Assembly (NCBI GenBank): GCA_964057225.1
Contig: OZ059898.1
Location: 7,812,001-7,876,000 of the forward strand
Direction: 5' to 3'
DNA from: Auanema rhodensis
Lineage: Eukaryota > Animalia > Nematoda
Length of the DNA stretch: 64,000 nt
Shown: in pieces, positions 50,506 to 61,300 of the stretch
Position numbering within the stretch: the first letter of the stretch is position 1
Layout of the letters: every line of letters starts with the position of its first letter
The notes under the pieces: generated by a model
What the model saw: only the letters and a program-made list of their open reading frames with translations
Database searches by the model: none
Told to the model about the DNA's origin: nothing
Translations under genes and position numbers: made by a program

Positions 50506-53500
50506 ATGGACCGTATCGAAACGGTTTTTAATACAAAATTCCAAAGTTTCGTTCAAACTTTTGAAAAACTAGAGAGCCTTTTGGAAAACAAACAAAGTGA
50601 GGAACAATTCTCTCTTTATTCCGACATTAACAACACTCTTGAACAGCTTCGCTTTCACGAATCCAATTTAGCTACCATAGCTTCACTTCAAATAGACCCT
50701 TTTCTTTCGGAATTTAATAATCGTATAAATAATTTAACAAACCAACATGCCGCAACTATAGAAAGAGCAAACAAAAAACTGTTTGAGCTCGAAACTAAAG
50801 TTGCTGGCGCACACTCAATCCCGGACTCAGACGATGAGACCGAACTAGCACTTACCGCACCGCATACAACCCTTTTTACATCACCGCGCATTTCGAAAAC
50901 GAACATTAGCAAATTACTTTTGAAACCACCTCAACTTTCCATACCCACATTCAATGGAGATAACAAAACCTTTCCGACATTTTGGAGACAATTTAAAACG
51001 CTCATTCACCAAGACCCTGACCTCAATAATAGGCAAAAAAGCATTTATTTAGCTGAAGCTCTTAAAGGTTCAGCACGAGTTCATCTTGAAAATAAACCAT
51101 TAGATGGCACTGCGTATGAACGTATTATATCTACTCTTAAAACCACTTACGCACCAAAACTAAAAGTTGATTACCGTATTCATGATGAACTGGTGAAATT
51201 ACCTCCTGCAAAAAATGACCCCATGTCAGTCAGATCTCGCGTGAATGAAATCAGAGCACTTCTTGATCAGCTTGAGACTGATACACTTTATAATTCTGAA
51301 GACCCCGCTTGGGTCAAACTTATCACAACTAAATTTCCTATTGATATCATCAATATGCTCTGTTGGAGATCATCTAGGGCAACCTCTATAAAACAACTAC
51401 TAAGAAACATTGAGGAAACGGCCGACTCAATGGAAAATTTTTCAATTTATTCTTCTAAATCTCCTTTTATCCCGCAATACCATGCTCAAACTAATTCAAC
51501 TTCTCCCTTGAAACATAACTCACATATTACAACTGTTACGAAAACCGAACGCCCATGCGTATTTTGTGACCAAAACGGACATCGATCCGCAAAATGTTTA
51601 ACCATACATAATCCTCAACAGAGGAGAGACATAATAAAACAAAAAAACAGGTGCTGGATTTGTTTCAGTCCTACACACACTAGCACTAAGTGTACCTTTG
51701 ATAAATGTAAAATATGTAATAGAGATCATCACCCATCTCTTTGTCTCCCTCCTGCTTCATCAAAATCATCTAATAAAAAAGCAACCATGGGTATCAATTG
51801 CTCTATTTCGCAATCAACTCACACTCCACCTTCGCCCGCATATCTTATGACTTCTAAAGTATCAATTTTTAACCCCCATACAGGTAAGTTCCACACCAAA
51901 ATATTGTTTTTCGACCCTGGAGCAACTCAAAGCTTCATTTACGAGCCGGCAGCCAGAGAATGCCAGCTCAAAACTTTAAATTCCCAATTAATCACAGCAA
52001 CCGGTTTCTCCGGGAGCTGTGAGGCATTTAATTCTTTAACGGTCGAAGCAAGTTTAAGAACTCCATTTGGAAAAAATATCATACTTACGCTCCTCACCTC
52101 ACCCAAACCTCTCACAGGAAAACTAAAGAGCTGTCAACTTTCTCTAAAAGACAAAGAAGCTCTAGAACAATCTAATATAACCATTACTAACCAATTGGTG
52201 GATGGTGAATTATTCATTCCCGATATTTTGCTAGGTATGGATTGGTGTGATACAATCATACATGATACCAAACCTACTATACTTCCATCGGGATTGAAAG
52301 TCAAACATACCCAGATTGGACCCTGTATTTACGGTAAGCAAATACCGAACGATAATATCGCAGCCATAAATACACTTATTGTTAACCCTGTGATACCAGA
52401 AGACGTTATGATTAAACAACTTTTTGAAATAGATAACTTAGGAATTTCTCCACACGAAGGAGCCTTGAACCGATCGGAGCTATTCTTCAATGAATATACT
52501 TCGCTAATAAAATTCGACAAGGGTTTTGTTATGGCTCCCTTACCTCTTAAATCAAACGCCACAAAAATTCAATCCAATCGAAGCATGGCATTAGCCACTC
52601 TAAACAGATTACAGAAATCTCTCAAAGAGGAACATAACCAGCTACAACACTATCATCAAACCATTATGCGATATATAGAGGAAGGTGTGGTGGAACAAGT
52701 TCCTCTTACTTCAGAGAACTCTTTGCTCTACTACATGCCGCATAGAGGGGTATGGAAGCCCAACAAGAGCAAACCGCTGAGGGTTGTGTTTAACGCTTCA
52801 GCAAAGCAAAAAGGCCAACTCTCATTAAATGATGTTACGGAAACAGGTGAAAGTTTTAACAATAAAATCATAGATATTCTGATAGGGATACGGATCAAAA
52901 AGTACTTCCTCATGTGCGATATTGAGGGTGCCTTCACCCAAATAAGGATAACTAATGATCATAAAGATCTCTGCCGCTTTCTCTGGTTACGCGATCCTCA
53001 CAAAGGTACCACTCCAGATAACATTTTAGAATTAAGATTTAACCGACTGGCGTTTGGCATAACAGCCAGTCCGTCCATACTGAATATGTCACTCTACGCA
53101 TTCTTGCAAAGCCTAGAGTCGCACTTAGTTCCGGAAACCCTACGGTACCTATATGTGGACAATATCTTCTACACGACAAACAGTTCAGAAGATTTACATA
53201 GCATATATGAAGAATCTAAGCAGATTTTTTCTCGAATATCTATGAACATAAGAGAGTATTATAGCAACTACACCAACTTCAACTCAACCGTACCAGACAA
53301 GGATAAACATCCAGATCTGAACCCAAAAATATTAGGCATTAAACATTATTCAGATAAAGACATTTTTTCGATAAACTGTCAACTACGCACTCAGAACTCA
53401 TTCACAAAACGAGATCTACTCAGCAGTCTTCACAGTGTTTACGACCCTTTAGGAGTAGCGGCTCCCCTTTTACTGCATTTCAAACTACTACTACGCCAAG

Positions 53501-56500
53501 TAATGAATGGGTCTATAGACTGGAAAGAACAAGTGCCAAGCGATGTGGTCAATAGCTGGAATACAGTGAGTAATAAAATAGGAACAGCTACGATTCAGAT
53601 TCCACGAAAGCTGACAGATACATCAGAATGCCGAGAGATTTGGATATTTGTAGACGCTAGTGTACTAGCTATTGCTGCATGTGCCTTCTGCACATCACCT
53701 ACAACACGGAGTCCCCTGGTCATGGGTAAGATTAAATTAGCTCCAAAAAACAGAACATTGACAATTCCACGTTTGGAAATGTCTGCAATTCTCATGGGTA
53801 TGAAAATGGCCGAAACCATATACAACAATTTACCAACACATGAGGTCTCCATCAACATCGCTTCCGACAGCCAGATAGCTTTATCTTGGCTGTTCACTAA
53901 AAAGAATATACCTGTGTTCGTAAGCAATTTACGCCAGAATACTGACCAAATTGCAAGAAAATTAGAGCTAAAAGGAGCCAATATAACGTATCACTACGTG
54001 GACACGGATCATAATCCGGCAGACATAGGCACTAGAGGCACCACTGATATTGCCCTTCTTAAGGACAAATGGCTTTTTTCTCCTGAGTGGCTATTAAATA
54101 AGAACGATAGACCAGCAAAGGAATTCAGAGCACCTTTAGAAGAAGAAGAACCTTCAATGCTTATACTACCAGTCACCACAAACAATCCTGTATTAGACAA
54201 TCTTTTAGATCCCAGCCGCTTCAGCTCATACTTCAAGTTACGCAGAATCGCTGGATTAGTTTTAAAAGCCGCACTGTATTTTTTAGGCAAACGCAACAAA
54301 ACGCCAACATCATATTTATTAAAAGCAGCAACAACAGAATGGCAAGTATCCCAGTTTATTAACACAACCGCTGAGATACTGCTTATAAAAGAAGCTCAGA
54401 CTCATCTTTCAAATTCATATAAAAAACAATTTCGATTAAAACAGGATGGGAATGGACTAACCTGCATACAGACTCGGTTCACCAATTCATCACTTCCAAC
54501 AAAAACTAAGTTTCCATATCTTCTTCCCAAAAAATCTACTTTAGGTAAACTCATTCTTATGTTCCTACACAGGACGAATGGTCATGCCGGAGTTAGCCAA
54601 TTACTGTACCTCTTTATGACAAGGTTCTTCATGACAGCGGCTAGACAAGTATGCAAATCAATAATAAAAAGATGTGTGCCATGTCAAAAGACTCTAAGTA
54701 ACCCATTTTCAATAGAATACTTTGCCCCGTTACCGGAGGACAGAGTGACGAGAGCTATGCCATTTAGACATACAGGCCTTGATTGCATAGGTCCCATAAA
54801 ATTCAGAAAAAATCAGCATATATACGTTGTGATATTCACCTGCCTTACTATTAGAGCCGTCCATTTAGAACCAATTAATGACATGAGTTCGAACTCTTTT
54901 ATCAATGCCTTCATTCGATTTGTAGCGCGGAGAGGTTTACCACATGTTCTACGATCAGACAACGGGGCCAATTTCACTCATGCGGCCAAAATACTTCACA
55001 CATTAGAGGAACATAGTAGGGAACACCAGACTAATTTTATCAACTATATACAAAATCACAATATCACATGGATATTCAACACTCCCAGCGCTCCCTGGAC
55101 TGGTGGGGTTTGGGAGAGATTAGTTGCTATTACAAAGAATGCACTTGTGAAAACACTATCACTTAAGTTAATAGAAAAAGACCAACTAGTTACAGCAATA
55201 ATTAAAATAGAAGGAATCATGAACTCACGGCCCATCACGTATACAGATTCCGAGAATTTTCACGAGAATCCACTAACGCCAGCAGATTTTTTAACTCATG
55301 GCTCCCCCATACTCATACCAGGTGATAATGTAGACAGTTTAGGTGACAGACTCGACCTACCCAACACGATCGCAAGCAACAAACAAGCGTTTGAAAATTT
55401 ACAGAAAATCGAAATAATAGCCGAAGCATTCTGGAACACATGGTCACACGAATATCTTCTTACTTTAAGGCATGCACATGCATCAAGGAAAATGGGGCAC
55501 CATAACTTGCGACACCCATATCACAACGAAATAGTACTTGTAGAAGAGGACCATACAAATAGAAACAATTGGAATATGGCTAGGGTAATCGAACTAATTC
55601 CTTCTTCAGACAAAGTAGTTCGGACCGCCAAGATAAAAACAGGTAGCGGTAAGATATTGACAAAACCAGTAGAGCGATTATACCCTTTAGAACTTTTTGA
55701 TGAATTCACAGAAACTCAGCGAAAAACCGCACATATTAACCATGCCACCTATTCAACACACCCAAACACAAGGCATACGAATACGAATTTTTTGACTAAT
55801 ATCATGAAATTCTTATTATTAATACAACTATTTTTTGTCGCCACAGCTGAGCCATTATTCACCTGCTCATACTCTCATATACTATTTCCCGCACAAACAA
55901 AACCATCGACATTTTGTATTAATGGGGACTGTCATGATTTACCAGCCAACCAATCAAAAGATATTCAACTTCAAGTGTCTGTAATTCCAAAAACTACAGC
56001 AGTTACTCGCTACGACAAAGATAGGCGGCAAACTCAGATTTGTCATCTCCCCCACCCCTGCGATTTTCCTCCACCTGCGTTATTGCATATAATAGGCAAC
56101 CCACATTGTAACCCTTTCTTAGCTATTTTGATAGCTCTTACTCCAATAATAGGCTGCGCTCTTTTTTGCATTATCGGGGGTCTAATCTATAAAAAATTAA
56201 AAACACACCGCCAACAGCACACAATTTCGTACATCCCTTCTCTCTTATTCGCAATCTTTTATCTCACATGCCAAGCGCAAGCTTGTGGATCCCCCAACGC
56301 GCACAAACACATAGAATTCTTTTGCGACGATTTACACAATTGCACAAAAATAACCAACGAAGAAATTTCATTCAATCCCCTACAAAACTCTCTTTGCTCC
56401 TACATAAAATATCAAAACTCCACTATAGGCAAACTAGAAATTCAAATAATTCAGCAAAAATTTTTATGTCAAAAAGTTTCCCAAGGATTTACTCGCATTA

Positions 56501-57795
56501 CTAACCTAACTATCCACTCCTCTCATAGATGCGCCGGTACAACTCACTGCCCATGGGGCACCGGATGCGATGATATCCGACAGGATACTTTCGTAGCCGA
56601 ACTACATTCAGCTTACGAAAATCCTGGAAGAACCTACTGCACCAGAGCCGGAGGAGGCCTATTCAACAGCTGTGGACTTCCTATAGAAGGATGCATTTTA
56701 TTTAGGCCAACTTATCAGCCCGAAAACGAAGAAGTATACGAAGAAATTAAATGCATACAATGGAAACAGGAAGTGCAAGCAAAATTATTAATCACATACC
56801 TCAATAACACTCACCAATACGATATTTTCCTACAACCCTACCGAAAATATGAGTTTCACGGAATTTCATTACAGATTTCGTCGGTTACAACAAAAGCAAC
56901 GACGGAACTATACAACAAAATTTTTCTCACATCTGAGACTAAAAGCTACATGATACCGGAACAAATAAAACCAGCGGTAATATGCAGCAATGCACGAATC
57001 GCAGCAGATAAGTTTAATGCATGCCACATACGAAAGCCTTGCCCATGTTTGGGGGCCGCAGCGCAGCTCTCTTGCAATTGCGATTCAGCAACACAAAGAG
57101 AACTGAAAAAATATAAACTTCCACAAATTAATACAAATTATAGAATCACAAAAGAAGCAGGAACAATAACTGTTTTATCACAAATGGAAGAATCAACGCT
57201 CACAATGGAAAACCCGCAATTTAGCATCGAAAGCTTATATACTAATAGACATCCTTGTTCTTCAGATTTTCAAATGTTAACAGGATGCTACAAATGCAGA
57301 GAAGGAACAACGCTGAATATTACATGTGAAACAAAGGACGAACTGAATGCCATTCTGAACTGCGACTCCTTTTCTACTACAATACGATGCTCTGACCAAA
57401 ATCCCGCCACAACGGTCAAACTATATTTCAATGAACCCAAAGTACAAGAAAACTGTACTCTGACTTGCGGACGAGCAACAAAACAAATTATACAGCTAAG
57501 TACCAGACTACACTACATAAGCGACACTACCATTTTTTCAGAAGAATCGATCAAACTACATAATGGAACATCCGGACTATCATGGAATCTCCCGAATTTG
57601 GAACCGCTTTTCGACGTCATCCATGATAATTGGAAATGGATAGTACCTGCCGTAGCTGCAATCACTGCAGGTTCATACTTATTATACATAGCAGCCCCAT
57701 TCCTTACATCATTACTTCTTCCTGCTACACTCTCTTATTGCTGTGTGAGAAACTCAAACCGCAACCCTCGCCCGGCAATGTCGGCGAATGCCTGA
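50506..57795 (+). CDS. Gag-Pol-Env polyprotein (2,429 aa)
   Basis: Gag PTFNGD..F..FW..F; knuckles CVFC..H..C, CWIC..H..C, CKIC..HH...C; protease FDPGATQSFI; RT YVDN; RNase H FVDAS/IPRLE/SDS/NPAD; IN HHCC plus GLDCIGP, SDNG, GGVWERLV; then Env. The stop lies inside the 3' LTR. Confidence 0.97.
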   Translation: MDRIETVFNTKFQSFVQTFEKLESLLENKQSEEQFSLYSDINNTLEQLRFHESNLATIASLQIDPFLSEFNNRINNLTNQHAATIERANKKLFELETKVAGAHSIPDSDDETELALTAPHTTLFTSPRISKTNISKLLLKPPQLSIPTFNGDNKTFPTFWRQFKTLIHQDPDLNNRQKSIYLAEALKGSARVHLENKPLDGTAYERIISTLKTTYAPKLKVDYRIHDELVKLPPAKNDPMSVRSRVNEIRALLDQLETDTLYNSEDPAWVKLITTKFPIDIINMLCWRSSRATSIKQLLRNIEETADSMENFSIYSSKSPFIPQYHAQTNSTSPLKHNSHITTVTKTERPCVFCDQNGHRSAKCLTIHNPQQRRDIIKQKNRCWICFSPTHTSTKCTFDKCKICNRDHHPSLCLPPASSKSSNKKATMGINCSISQSTHTPPSPAYLMTSKVSIFNPHTGKFHTKILFFDPGATQSFIYEPAARECQLKTLNSQLITATGFSGSCEAFNSLTVEASLRTPFGKNIILTLLTSPKPLTGKLKSCQLSLKDKEALEQSNITITNQLVDGELFIPDILLGMDWCDTIIHDTKPTILPSGLKVKHTQIGPCIYGKQIPNDNIAAINTLIVNPVIPEDVMIKQLFEIDNLGISPHEGALNRSELFFNEYTSLIKFDKGFVMAPLPLKSNATKIQSNRSMALATLNRLQKSLKEEHNQLQHYHQTIMRYIEEGVVEQVPLTSENSLLYYMPHRGVWKPNKSKPLRVVFNASAKQKGQLSLNDVTETGESFNNKIIDILIGIRIKKYFLMCDIEGAFTQIRITNDHKDLCRFLWLRDPHKGTTPDNILELRFNRLAFGITASPSILNMSLYAFLQSLESHLVPETLRYLYVDNIFYTTNSSEDLHSIYEESKQIFSRISMNIREYYSNYTNFNSTVPDKDKHPDLNPKILGIKHYSDKDIFSINCQLRTQNSFTKRDLLSSLHSVYDPLGVAAPLLLHFKLLLRQVMNGSIDWKEQVPSDVVNSWNTVSNKIGTATIQIPRKLTDTSECREIWIFVDASVLAIAACAFCTSPTTRSPLVMGKIKLAPKNRTLTIPRLEMSAILMGMKMAETIYNNLPTHEVSINIASDSQIALSWLFTKKNIPVFVSNLRQNTDQIARKLELKGANITYHYVDTDHNPADIGTRGTTDIALLKDKWLFSPEWLLNKNDRPAKEFRAPLEEEEPSMLILPVTTNNPVLDNLLDPSRFSSYFKLRRIAGLVLKAALYFLGKRNKTPTSYLLKAATTEWQVSQFINTTAEILLIKEAQTHLSNSYKKQFRLKQDGNGLTCIQTRFTNSSLPTKTKFPYLLPKKSTLGKLILMFLHRTNGHAGVSQLLYLFMTRFFMTAARQVCKSIIKRCVPCQKTLSNPFSIEYFAPLPEDRVTRAMPFRHTGLDCIGPIKFRKNQHIYVVIFTCLTIRAVHLEPINDMSSNSFINAFIRFVARRGLPHVLRSDNGANFTHAAKILHTLEEHSREHQTNFINYIQNHNITWIFNTPSAPWTGGVWERLVAITKNALVKTLSLKLIEKDQLVTAIIKIEGIMNSRPITYTDSENFHENPLTPADFLTHGSPILIPGDNVDSLGDRLDLPNTIASNKQAFENLQKIEIIAEAFWNTWSHEYLLTLRHAHASRKMGHHNLRHPYHNEIVLVEEDHTNRNNWNMARVIELIPSSDKVVRTAKIKTGSGKILTKPVERLYPLELFDEFTETQRKTAHINHATYSTHPNTRHTNTNFLTNIMKFLLLIQLFFVATAEPLFTCSYSHILFPAQTKPSTFCINGDCHDLPANQSKDIQLQVSVIPKTTAVTRYDKDRRQTQICHLPHPCDFPPPALLHIIGNPHCNPFLAILIALTPIIGCALFCIIGGLIYKKLKTHRQQHTISYIPSLLFAIFYLTCQAQACGSPNAHKHIEFFCDDLHNCTKITNEEISFNPLQNSLCSYIKYQNSTIGKLEIQIIQQKFLCQKVSQGFTRITNLTIHSSHRCAGTTHCPWGTGCDDIRQDTFVAELHSAYENPGRTYCTRAGGGLFNSCGLPIEGCILFRPTYQPENEEVYEEIKCIQWKQEVQAKLLITYLNNTHQYDIFLQPYRKYEFHGISLQISSVTTKATTELYNKIFLTSETKSYMIPEQIKPAVICSNARIAADKFNACHIRKPCPCLGAAAQLSCNCDSATQRELKKYKLPQINTNYRITKEAGTITVLSQMEESTLTMENPQFSIESLYTNRHPCSSDFQMLTGCYKCREGTTLNITCETKDELNAILNCDSFSTTIRCSDQNPATTVKLYFNEPKVQENCTLTCGRATKQIIQLSTRLHYISDTTIFSEESIKLHNGTSGLSWNLPNLEPLFDVIHDNWKWIVPAVAAITAGSYLLYIAAPFLTSLLLPATLSYCCVRNSNRNPRPAMSANA
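55804..57795 (+). other. Envelope region: short Gn-like protein plus phlebovirus-like class II fusion protein Gc (from 56284)
   Basis: Signal-like MKFLLLIQLFFVATA, NPHC+TM, second signal ending ..CQAQA|C, Cys-rich ~500-aa Gc (SSHRC..C, PGRTYC, LTGCYKCREG, NCTLTCG) and C-terminal TM. Confidence 0.85.
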
Positions 57796-58178
57796 CTAGA
57801 AATGAAATACAATAATTTAACCTAGAAACATAACTCTTCTGAAACTCTAAACCATTGTCTAATAACCTTGTAATTGTATCATTAACCTCTTGCGCAACAT
57901 TCTTAAAGGATATTGAACTTTTATCACCTCTATAGTTTACATTGACCTGACCTTTGTATTCAAATATCGAATATCACCTTCAAGCTAAATCATATATAAA
58001 GCCCAAGAAACCTTCACTCTCACTCTTAATTTAATTCTACCACTGAACTTATACCGATCTTATAATAAACCTTTCTCATTTAACTAACTGTTTGGATTCG
58101 CCACTAACTCATATTATCCCCATTAACCGGGGAACAACCGAGTATAGACGCTCGTCATTGGGAACATTGAAAACCAAA
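57779..58178 (+). repeat. 3' LTR (400 bp)
   Basis: Identical to the 5' LTR; followed directly by TSD GTATG (58179-58183). Confidence 0.97.
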
Positions 58179-58192
58179 GTATGGTCGTAAGC
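58179..58192 (-). rRNA. 5S rRNA gene copy 2, displaced nt 1-14
   Basis: GTATGGTCGTAAGC is the reverse complement of the 5S 5' end GCTTACGACCATAC. Confidence 0.93.
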
Positions 58193-58312
58193 TATGCTAT
58201 TCCTCTATTAGTGTATCTAGTACCTACCACCATGCTACGGCTGTGCAACAGCTCTTATCGTTCATCAGTCGATAACTGATTCCTTGCACCTCCAGTAACA
58301 CCGTGGTATATG
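58193..58312. repeat. 5S upstream spacer, second copy (homologous to 49392-49511)
   Basis: 120-bp ungapped alignment, 9 mismatches by manual count. Confidence 0.92.
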
Positions 58313-61300
58313 TTTTCTCTTTTCATTGTTACTTTTGTGATTGCTACTTTTGGAGAGCATTTTATCATGAATACTTCTTTTTGACATTCGATAGAAATCC
58401 ATGTTTCTTCTGCCGTAAGGCATTGGAATTCTGCGAATGCACCCTGCCCGCAGGAGTAGCAACCTGATAGTTTTGTCAGGGCAGGTGCGCAAGGCAAATT
58501 GTTGGAGAAAATCACTGAGTTTAAGAATAGGGATGAATCGACCGTAACTAAATTTTCGTCTAAATTCGTAGAGAATGATAACGTGTTATCTTTAGTTTTA
58601 AAGTTTTGGTTAGGAGATTTTATGTCTGATGTATTGGACATTTTTTCAAAAGTAGGGGTATCACACCTACATTTTATTTCATCAAATCTATTGAATGTGC
58701 AAGGGCAGAATGAGGATACTGTACAGTTATTAAAATGTTTTAATGCGGCTTCCTCTGTTGCACATTGAATTATTCCCTTTGTGTGTATATCCGTAATGTA
58801 CGTGTTTTCTTTGGAGGAAAAAAATAATTTTGTGTACATTTCTGGAGGAGGTTGTGATTGTGATAACGTTGTTATATTGAAAAGTTGTTCACGATTTTTC
58901 GTGTAAGGTTGTAGAGTGATATTGTAATTATTTTTCTGCTGGAGTAATGTTGTTTCTATATTAAATACGGTTTGGGTGGACCAACTATCACAAGTATAGA
59001 CTTCGTATACTTCCTCAGTGACGGGTATATGCTCTATTTTGTAGAAAAGACACGGATCTGTCCAAATCATAGGACATGTGTAAAATCTCGCTGACGATGT
59101 GAAACAACCTGATTGTGAAGGGAACGTATATGGTTGTAGTTCCTCGATTTTATTATGGAGCGAGTTAGTTTCACATGTTCCGTCACACGAGCCCCGGTGA
59201 CGGCATCGTAATATGCTCAATATGTTGACGGTTGTCTGTCTAGTGAAGTATCTAGTATTCTTCTGGCAGACATGTTCAGTATATAGTTTAGTTATTTTAA
59301 ATTGACCAATTTCATGATTAGAATGCGTTATGGTAATGCATAATTGTTTTGTTCCGGGAGAAAATATGATATCTTGACTGTATTCGTGATAACAAGCTAA
59401 GTTGTCATCGCATCGTATGTTAACGAAGTGTTGAACATGAACATCGGAACATGAACTGCAGCTTCCAATACATAAAGCCAAGATGATTGCCAGTAACGAT
59501 GGTAAAGATGTTTGCGACCCTCTAGTAAAGAGAGAGAATTTTGGTGGCTTTCTCGTATGGTTTAAAATAGGGTAAATATGCTTTTGAAAGGTTTCATGAT
59601 CCACAATATTAGCGTCTTGTGTGTTCGTTTGTTTTAATTGCAACGTATCATTGTGGTCTTCTGTTATTTTTTGATCAGTTTCATGATCTTCTTGTTCGGA
59701 GATTGTGTTATGTTTTAATTTCATGATGTTGAGCATGGTTTGAGTGTTTTTGGACCATATCTTATATCTATATTGGCTGTAACCCATGCGGCATAGACAA
59801 GAGATTATGAGGGTAACTGCCATAATGGTTATTATCACTGTCCATGTTGCCATTTCTGGGGAGCAATGAGGATTCGCTATAAGTTTTGTGGTGAACATGT
59901 TAGAGTCCTTGCAACTATTGATTTCTTCGGCATATGTCGAAGTAATTATAATCGGTAATGAAAGGGCTTTCATTATGTCAGCTGCTATTTTTGGGTTTAT
60001 TTTATTTTTTCTTTGGTGTGTGGCATAGGACATTTTTAGTGGGAAGGCTTTTATATTTTCCTTCTCAGTGACCTCATCTTGTTCTGTATATTTTGCTGTT
60101 TTCACTGATGATAGTTTTGTTTTATTTTGAGGTCGATCGTTTGTTGCATCCTCATTATTCTCTGTTTCTGGAGTGTATGTATTATCATGTTGAGAGTTGT
60201 CTGATTCATATGCAATATCGTAATTATGATTGCTATCATTTATGTTATTGTTCTCATGTATTGTTTCATCTGTATGTTCTATATGATGATCGGAGTGTAT
60301 GTTGTCTAATACGGTATCAGTATGTGCTATTCTATCTGTTGAGCTATTATTTTCTTGGACTATGTGTGAGTTGTCTTCTATGATTTTGTTGTTGCTAGTG
60401 TTGCATCTTATCTCTAGTGGATAGAGCTGATTGATGGATCGAGTAATTATGTTTCCGTTGCTTGTTGCAACTTTTGCTGAACGTATGTTGCCATCTGAAC
60501 TAGTAATTGTTTCAATAATGCGACCTAGTTTCCATGTTCCTCGTGGCGACATGTCGTTTTGTATTATTACGATTTCATCCTTGTGAGGAAAGAGATTTGT
60601 GTGATTTTTTCTCTTGTTTTTATGTTTGAAAATGTCTTTTAAACTAGTTAGATACTCCTCCTGGAAACGTGTCCAGAATTTAGACGCTGAGTCTTCTGAT
60701 AACTGAAGAGCTTCTAGCGCTTGTTCTGTCGATTGAATCGTTTGGATATCGCTGTGAATATCGAATATATGAGTGTTATCATTGTTTTCTGGTAATGAAA
60801 ACTTTATTGCTGATGTTAAAAAATCAATTGGTCTTATGGGTAAAGCATCTAAATTATCTGGGTGTGGATGAGTGAGTGGGCGTGTATTAATTATGGCTTC
60901 TATTTTTACAATAGCTGTGTGTAAATCATCTAGTGACATTTGACTAGGAACGAAGCATTTTTTGAGGGATGATTTGGTGACACCTACTAAGCGTTCCCAA
61001 CAACCTCCTTTCCAAGGAGATAGCGGAGTGTTGTATATCCATTTAATTTTTCTTTGAGCTAATGTGTTTAGTATGCTTCTTTCATTGTAATCCGAGGTTT
61101 TTTCAAGGGTTTCTAATATTTTTGAGCTCAGAATAAAGTTTCCTGCGCAGTCACTGCGCATAATTTCTGGAGTACCTCTGCGTGAAATAAATCTATTAAA
61201 TGCATTCATAAAGGCAACTGTGGATTGATTGGTGACTACCTCTAAGTGAACCGCTCTAGTTGTCATGCATGTAAACAGACAAATATGGACTTTAGACCCA

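Larger units (their letters stand above)
49859..58178 (+). mobile_element. Complete env-bearing BEL/Pao LTR retrotransposon (belpaovirus), 8,320 bp, inserted in a 5S rRNA gene
   Basis: Two identical 400-bp LTRs, GTATG TSD on both sides, PBS, single intact polyprotein in PR-RT-RH-IN order with a triple zinc knuckle. Confidence 0.97.

Noticed and set aside
58311-58340. TG at the spacer junction as a possible LTR end of element 2
   Set aside because: The adjacent sequence is in-frame Gc coding that aligns with element 1 Gc, not LTR.
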